A stretch of DNA of 64,000 nucleotides from a bacterium. Its GTDB lineage: Bacteria; Electryoneota; Electryoneia; Electryoneales; Electryoneaceae. This document shows positions 58,258 to 64,000 of this stretch, in pieces. Position numbers and translations under genes: made by a program. The stretch's first letter is position 1. Each line of letters begins with the position of its first letter. The DNA lies in the NCBI GenBank assembly GCA_963669175.1, contig OY769902.1, positions 5,120,001 to 5,184,000 on the forward strand, read 5' to 3'. The notes below the pieces were generated by a model. That model was not told the origin of the DNA and did not search any database. It was given only the letters and a program-made list of their open reading frames with translations.

Positions 58258-58962
58258 TTATTTATCCTTCTGGACCACAGCCATCAGGTTCACGGCCAGG
58301 AAAGGTATTCGGGTCATATCCTGCGAGAACAGGGTTTTCTGGAGAAAGGTTCGCAACAAGGCGGGTCTGGCCCGGTCCATCGGTGCCATGATATACCAGA
58401 TACGCACCTTGGAGAACCCCCCATCCCGTAGCAGGTTGTACAGTCTTCTACGTGTGTATATGCGTGCTTTGGCCCAGCGTTCATGAAGCGGTGTCGGCAA
58501 CCAGGAAAAAAACGGCACCCGATTCCAGGGCAGCAGAGGCAGATAAGCGCCATGAGTTTCAAAAACCCACCACTTATTCGGCACTGAGATTACTGCCTGC
58601 CCGCCCGGTTTTAATACTCGGTAAAATTCCCTCACAGCTTCATGCGGGTCGTTGACATGCTCCAGAACCTCAAAGCTGGTGATGGCATCCATACTTTCGC
58701 TTTTAAACGGGAGATATTCACCGGCAGCGGCGACCCAACCAGCATCAACCGTAGATTGCGCCATGGGGTGAACCTGTACATCCACGCCGATGACCTGCTT
58801 GAAATCCTGTACAAACAAGGCCGTCTGAGCGCCATTGCCGCATCCGGCGTCCAACAGCCTGCCACCACGTTTCAGGATACGAGAAAGCCGACCGGCTAAC
58901 GTGTACCGGCGGGAAAGGATCTTTTCGCCTGTCTCAGCAGGTTTACCCAGTGCAACATTCAT
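58258..58962 (-). CDS. Class I SAM-dependent methyltransferase
   Basis: 'LLDAGCGNG', 'FEVLEHV', 'RVLKPGG'. Confidence 0.9.
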   Translation of the reverse strand: MNVALGKPAETGEKILSRRYTLAGRLSRILKRGGRLLDAGCGNGAQTALFVQDFKQVIGVDVQVHPMAQSTVDAGWVAAAGEYLPFKSESMDAITSFEVLEHVNDPHEAVREFYRVLKPGGQAVISVPNKWWVFETHGAYLPLLPWNRVPFFSWLPTPLHERWAKARIYTRRRLYNLLRDGGFSKVRIWYIMAPMDRARPALLRTFLQKTLFSQDMTRIPFLAVNLMAVVQKDK

Positions 58963-59084
58963 GAATTCACTTTACCCCTGTTAAATCCAGCATAAAACTA
59001 CTGCCGGCAAACGATCCTCACAAGCATTAAAAGAGCCCGGTCAGTTTCTAACCGGGCCCGGAATATCGATTCTGGATGAAAGGG

Positions 59085-61400
59085 CTACTTCATCAGGATC
59101 AGCGCTTTCATCTGGGTTTCGTTGCCGATGGAAACGCGCAGGAAATACGTGCCCGAAGCGTTGTTCACGGCATTCCACTGAAGCTGGCTGACACCGGCAG
59201 GCAGATAACCATTGGTCAGGGTAACAACTTCACGTCCCAGCGCATCAAACACAACCGCGTGGACACGATCACTGTGCTGCAGGCTGATGGACACGTTGGA
59301 CACCGGGTTAAACGGGTTGGGATACGCATCAACCAGGCCGTGGGTCAGCGGCAGGTTCTGATCATCGACATCGGTATATGGGAACACGTCAATGGTCAAC
59401 ACCTCGTCGGTGGTGCCGTATTCGTTCAATGTCACATTGTTGCAAAGAATCTGAGCTGACTCTTCCACATTGCGAAGACGGAAGGAGAGTTCCAACAAGG
59501 TACCGTTCTCGCCAACCGGTGCAGTGCGTGCGACATAAATACGCGCCCCATCTTCCCGCATGGTGTAGGATGCAGAGGCGCCGGGTTCCACCGCGCTGAT
59601 CATCGCCAGGTTGATTTGAGTCGGATCGAATTGCAGGTCGACAGTTGCCGCCAGAACATCTTCAGCATATTCAATCTGGATCGGAACCGTAAAGGTGCCT
59701 GTAACCGATGCATTCACTTCTTCTGGCGCAATTGGCGTACCTTCTCCGGTAGCCCAGAACTGGCCGTTTTGTGCCGGGAATTCATCAATGTTGCCCACAG
59801 TGTATGCCAGAATCAGGGCAGCATCCAATGGCGACAAGGTGCCATCACCGGACACATCGGCAGCAAATATCTCTTGTTCTGTCAGTTCATCACCCTGGGC
59901 AAGATGCGACAGGATCATCGCTGCATCAAACGCCTGCACTTCACCGTTATCGCTGACATCGCCACGCATCCGGTCAATAAAGAGCAGCGAACCATCACGC
60001 GTAATGACTTCCGGATCACCCTCGTTCAGGATGGCAGATTCAAACTCCAGATCAAAGCACTCGCCCTGCGGTGCAGAAGGCGACACCATCGCAACAATCG
60101 CGACAATCGGCCCGGAATCTTCCAGCGGGGAAGGCCCGGCAACTGAAATCTCGACACCGTCTTCTGTCTCATTCCAGTCAAACATCCAGCCATCACCCGG
60201 TAAAATTGGGCTGCCAGGCGCCGGGAATACCGACAGACTATCCAGGTATTCCATGGGCAAACTAATCTCTACTTCAAACGCAGTAATATCATCTTCTACA
60301 TCAACACCACGAATCAGCAAGGGGATACCTACACGGTGTCCCGGAATAGCCATCATATCAGGCATTGCCAGAACGACATAGTCACCCACAACCGTTTCGT
60401 ACCAGTAGGCGCCCAAGTCAGTAATCGTACCATCCGGATCGATTGGGCTCCCCGGATTACCTGCATCAATACAGGGCGAATCTTCTTCCAAATGGAAATC
60501 CAGGTTATTCGGGTCAACCAGCATCGGATCTTCGTAAATCTGATTTGTGCCTGCAATGCTTGAGTCAGACGTCAGGCAATAATTGGCCACATTCGAAACC
60601 TGTCCGTAAAGCGCTGTTCCCAGCGGGAATTGAGAAACATCATTGTAAAGGATGCTGTTTTCAATGGTTCCGCCACCGTACACCTCAACAAATTCAGAGG
60701 CATGCTGATCACCGGTGTTGTTATAGAATGTGATGTGGTCCAGTTCATGTTCGCCATCGTAGTACAGAATCGCACCACCGGCCATGGCATGGTTGAAAGC
60801 AAGCACATTGTGGCTGAATACGCCACCATCGCCGCCGGCAAAGTCAACAGCCGAGCCCAACCGGCCACAGATGTTATGATGGAAAAGTGTGCCGCTGATA
60901 TCAAAATCAACATGATACAGGTAAATGCCGCCACCATCCTGGTTGGCCTGGTTGAAACGGATCTCGCAATTGTACATGGTCAGCTTGCAATAGCGTGCGT
61001 TCATCGCGCCGCCATGTATCGCATATCCCTCAGTGGAAAAACCATACTCAATGATGGTGTTAGCGAAAACAATGGCGTTTTCGTTTTCAGGGATGATAAA
61101 TCCGCCCCAACCCTGGTTGGGATCCTGAGCCGTAAACAGGACCGGATTGCCATCTACACCTTCAGACCAGAACTCGCCTTCGATGTAAAATGCACAATAC
61201 GGCGCAGCCAATACTTCTACACCATCTTCAATGGAAAGAATAGACCCATCCTCAAGCGTCACGTCCGAATCCAGGTAGTACGGTCCATCGTCAACCGTCC
61301 AGGCATAGTCCGTGATCGTTCCTGTGATGTGTGTCTCTGCGAATGCGGCAGGCAGGAGCAAAAACAGGCAGAGAAACGAACTCAAAATAATCGAACGCAT
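59085..61400 (-). CDS. Secreted protein: beta-helix - cohesin-like - dockerin - cohesin-like - T9SS-type C-terminal domain
   Basis: 'GGGIY' repeats; twin EF-hand dockerin 'GDVSDNGEVQAFDA..ADVSGDGTLSPLDA'; 'LQFDP'; 'YPNPFNP'. Confidence 0.85.
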   Translation of the reverse strand: MRSIILSSFLCLFLLLPAAFAETHITGTITDYAWTVDDGPYYLDSDVTLEDGSILSIEDGVEVLAAPYCAFYIEGEFWSEGVDGNPVLFTAQDPNQGWGGFIIPENENAIVFANTIIEYGFSTEGYAIHGGAMNARYCKLTMYNCEIRFNQANQDGGGIYLYHVDFDISGTLFHHNICGRLGSAVDFAGGDGGVFSHNVLAFNHAMAGGAILYYDGEHELDHITFYNNTGDQHASEFVEVYGGGTIENSILYNDVSQFPLGTALYGQVSNVANYCLTSDSSIAGTNQIYEDPMLVDPNNLDFHLEEDSPCIDAGNPGSPIDPDGTITDLGAYWYETVVGDYVVLAMPDMMAIPGHRVGIPLLIRGVDVEDDITAFEVEISLPMEYLDSLSVFPAPGSPILPGDGWMFDWNETEDGVEISVAGPSPLEDSGPIVAIVAMVSPSAPQGECFDLEFESAILNEGDPEVITRDGSLLFIDRMRGDVSDNGEVQAFDAAMILSHLAQGDELTEQEIFAADVSGDGTLSPLDAALILAYTVGNIDEFPAQNGQFWATGEGTPIAPEEVNASVTGTFTVPIQIEYAEDVLAATVDLQFDPTQINLAMISAVEPGASASYTMREDGARIYVARTAPVGENGTLLELSFRLRNVEESAQILCNNVTLNEYGTTDEVLTIDVFPYTDVDDQNLPLTHGLVDAYPNPFNPVSNVSISLQHSDRVHAVVFDALGREVVTLTNGYLPAGVSQLQWNAVNNASGTYFLRVSIGNETQMKALILMK

Positions 61401-61679
61401 AATAACCTCCCGTGCTGGAACAACTCGATATACGCAATTTCCGTCTCGTCGTTACTAAACTAGGAACGTCATCTTCCGCGGTGCAATAGACCTTCAGCAA
61501 AAAGGGAAAAGAAAATGTCTCCTGGAGCAGAAACAAATACAACCATTTCACGGGTTACAGCGATGAAACAATCCTTATTGTTAAGAAATTGTTAACTGAA
61601 CATTCATCCCTGCTCAGACAAACAGATAACACCAAAACAGACTGCTATTTCAGCTTTTACAGATAGCACAACAAGCATT

Positions 61680-61940
61680 CTCAACAAAATCTCTCTTTGC
61701 ATTGATATTCTTGCTGTTCTCGATTTTATTCCGACATAATAAAGATTGCCGGGAAAAGGGGACGGGATCCTTTTCCTCGCGCTTATGCAGAATATTCCTG
61801 AAGTATTCATGGAAAAGGAAACTGTCCCCTTTTTGCGTGTAATTCATGCCTGCTCTCAGGAAAAAGGGTACAGCCACCTTTCCCGGTCCATGTTCACAAC
61901 GGGAAGGCTTTACCCCAGGGAAAGGAGGCAGTCCCCTTTT
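61680..61940 (+). repeat. Uninterrupted copy of the repeat that hosts IS110 and MITE-A at 35120-37145
   Basis: CTCGATTTTATTCCG..AGATTGCCGGGAAAAGGGGAC.GGATCCTTTTCCTC..GGAAACT..CCCCTTTT..TGTAATTC.TGCCT shared by both loci. Confidence 0.85.
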
Positions 61941-62242
61941 TCATCACTTTTTTCCAACTATATAGTTGATCCTTCACCGATATAGAACCTGACCATATGA
62001 CGGATTAATAATGGGAATCGCTATTCTTGCTGCACCAGGATCAGAGTAATCAATCTGTTTTCCCAGCTCAATTGTATACGATTTGGCGCCTCGCCATTTC
62101 GTGTGGGTAAGTATATCCATATAACGACAACAAGATAGACCAGATCACTTTTCATGTCCACTAAAGGTGGAGTATACCGCAAAAGAGATAAACAGTAACC
62201 GACCATCAACCTTCGCTAAGCTTCAGTATTATAGACGGGCGC

Positions 62243-63076
62243 TTACTTCTTCAGGCTTTTGAGTACCCGTAAATCTTCTGCGTATTTCGCTTCACCTTCG
62301 GGTGTCTCAAGGATGGCGGGTACTTTGGCGAATCGTTCATCATTCATTAACCGCCGGAAAGGTTCCAGTCCCAGTAATCCCTCGCCGATCTGGTCATGAC
62401 GATCTACACGGCTTCCCAATGGCTTTTTCGTATCGTTGATATGAAATACCTGCAACCGGTCCAATCCAATGATCCGGTCGAATTCGCTAAAAACATCATC
62501 ATATTTTTGAAGAATATCATACCCCGCAGAATAGGCATGGCAGGTATCGAAACAAACTGCCAACCGTTCCGGCTCAGACGACAATTCGATCATCTGCGCG
62601 ATCTGTTCAAACGTATAGCCGAGGTTTGTGCCCTGCCCCGCTGTGATCTCAAGCGCGATCTTTGCCTTGTAGCCGGGCAAACGTGCGTGGATCTCGTTGA
62701 TGCTTTCCGCGATTTTCCTGATCCCCCACTCCTCGCCTTCCTTCAAGTGACTGCCCGGATGGGCCACCACATGGCTCAGCCCCAACTGCTCGGCACGCTC
62801 CAGCTCGTCAGTCAGGCCGTCAATCGATTTCTGCAACTTCTCCGGGTCCGGTGCGCAAAGATTGATCAGGTAGGAATCGTGAGAAACGGCATGCGTGATC
62901 CCGCAACGCTTGATCTCCTCATGCCAGCGCGTGATCTCCTTCTCCTCCAACGGCTTCGCTACCCATTGCCGCTGGTTCTTGGTGAAGACCGCGATAGCCG
63001 CTATCCCCAAGGCTTCCGCATTGGCCGGGGCGTTGGATACACCACCAACAGTTGAAACATGTGCGCCTAGAATCAT
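62243..63076 (-). CDS. nfo: Endonuclease IV
   Basis: 'GAHVS', 'HDSYLINL', 'HPGSH', 'DTCH', 'HIND', 'DRH', 'LETP'. Confidence 0.96.
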   Translation of the reverse strand: MILGAHVSTVGGVSNAPANAEALGIAAIAVFTKNQRQWVAKPLEEKEITRWHEEIKRCGITHAVSHDSYLINLCAPDPEKLQKSIDGLTDELERAEQLGLSHVVAHPGSHLKEGEEWGIRKIAESINEIHARLPGYKAKIALEITAGQGTNLGYTFEQIAQMIELSSEPERLAVCFDTCHAYSAGYDILQKYDDVFSEFDRIIGLDRLQVFHINDTKKPLGSRVDRHDQIGEGLLGLEPFRRLMNDERFAKVPAILETPEGEAKYAEDLRVLKSLKK

Positions 63077-63092
63077 GTGACTTCCTTACCAG

Positions 63093-63180
63093 CAAAACCG
63101 GGGACTGACCCTTTTGGGAAATCAGCCAATCCCTCAATATCATATCAATACAATGAAAATGAGGGTCTGTCCCCGGTTTC
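63093..63180. repeat. Inverted pair of the GGGACTG core between xth and nfo
   Basis: AAACCGGGGACTGACCCT .. AGGGTCTGTCCCCGGTTT. Confidence 0.75.
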
Positions 63181-63189
63181 TGCTCTTTT

Positions 63190-63948
63190 TTACACCTCTA
63201 TCCCCAGGGGGCAATGATCCGAACCCATCACATCCGGCTCGATCCAGGCGTTCTTTACCTGGTCGACAAGGTTGTTGGATACGAAGAAATAATCGATACG
63301 CCAGCCGATGTTCCGGTCACGTGCGCGGGTACGCATGTCCCACCAGGTGTACTGTTCCGGCTGATCGTTGAAGTTACGGAATACATCGATGAAACCGGCC
63401 TCGATCCAACGGTCGATCCATTCACGTTCTTCCGGGAGGAAACCGCTGGTTTTCTCGTTGGCTTTCGGATGAGTCAGGTCGATGGGCTTGTGAGCCGTGT
63501 TGTAATCGCCAACCACGATCAGCTTTTTGCCATCGGCCAGCATCTCACTGAAATGCTTCAGGGTCGCTTCATAGAAATCCATTTTGTATTTCAGACGGGT
63601 GGCGTTCTGCCTGCCGTTGGGGTAATAAATATTGGCGATGATGAAATCCTCGAAATCGCTGATCAGGACTCGTCCTTCACGATCGAACTCTTCAATGCCA
63701 TAGCCCAACCAACTTATCACCGGCGGCTTTTTTGAGAAGGTGGCGACACCGCTGTAGCCCTTACGTTCCGGCTGGCTGAAGTCCACGTGATAACCATGCG
63801 GGGCAAGCTGATCTTTCGTGAGCTGCTCAGCCCACGCCTTGGTTTCCTGGATGCACAACACATCCGGTGACGCCTCCTTTAGCCAGTCCGCAAAACCCTT
63901 TTTCCATCCTGCACGATAGCCGTTCACGTTCCACGACAGCAGTTTCAT
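63190..63948 (-). CDS. xth: Exodeoxyribonuclease III
   Basis: 'SWNVNG', 'IQETK', 'GYSGV', 'GDYN', 'GWRIDYF', 'SDHCP'. Confidence 0.96.
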   Translation of the reverse strand: MKLLSWNVNGYRAGWKKGFADWLKEASPDVLCIQETKAWAEQLTKDQLAPHGYHVDFSQPERKGYSGVATFSKKPPVISWLGYGIEEFDREGRVLISDFEDFIIANIYYPNGRQNATRLKYKMDFYEATLKHFSEMLADGKKLIVVGDYNTAHKPIDLTHPKANEKTSGFLPEEREWIDRWIEAGFIDVFRNFNDQPEQYTWWDMRTRARDRNIGWRIDYFFVSNNLVDQVKNAWIEPDVMGSDHCPLGIEV

Positions 63949-64000
63949 CGTATATATCCTCTCAATGTTGTTCTGGACTTACTTCCTCTCCCAATTACAC

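Noticed and set aside
62243-63948. xth-nfo tandem as a novel system
   Set aside because: Both are ordinary AP endonucleases; co-location is plausible housekeeping clustering

Overview
64 kb of chromosomal DNA from an FCB-superphylum-type bacterium, inferred from five secreted proteins ending in T9SS/Por-type 'PNP(F/C)N' C-terminal domains. Ordinary content: an MFS exporter, MscS, a CcdA-thioredoxin fusion, a cyclophilin, a TetR-TolC-HlyD-ABC-2 efflux operon, an Rrf2-sufCBDSU Fe-S operon, Zn/Mn ABC genes, MutS2, nfo and xth. Notable content: (1) A complete IS110-family element (35152-36521, flanked by CT cores). Its 3' non-coding end carries a readable bridge/seekRNA whose guides match the actual target and donor junctions. 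It also has a reconstructable circle-junction promoter and an unexplained inverted donor copy in the 5' UTR. (2) A low-GC three-gene island (C5 DNA methyltransferase, MORC/GHKL-ATPase-histidine-kinase fusion, single receiver domain) with no nuclease and a 26-bp palindrome upstream. (3) A membrane class III cyclase-TPR protein with Glu at the purine-selecting position. (4) A dense, nested set of MITEs and REP-like palindromes in the intergenic regions. No rRNA, tRNA, CRISPR array or reverse transcriptase was recognised. All family assignments come from visual motif recognition, not database searches.
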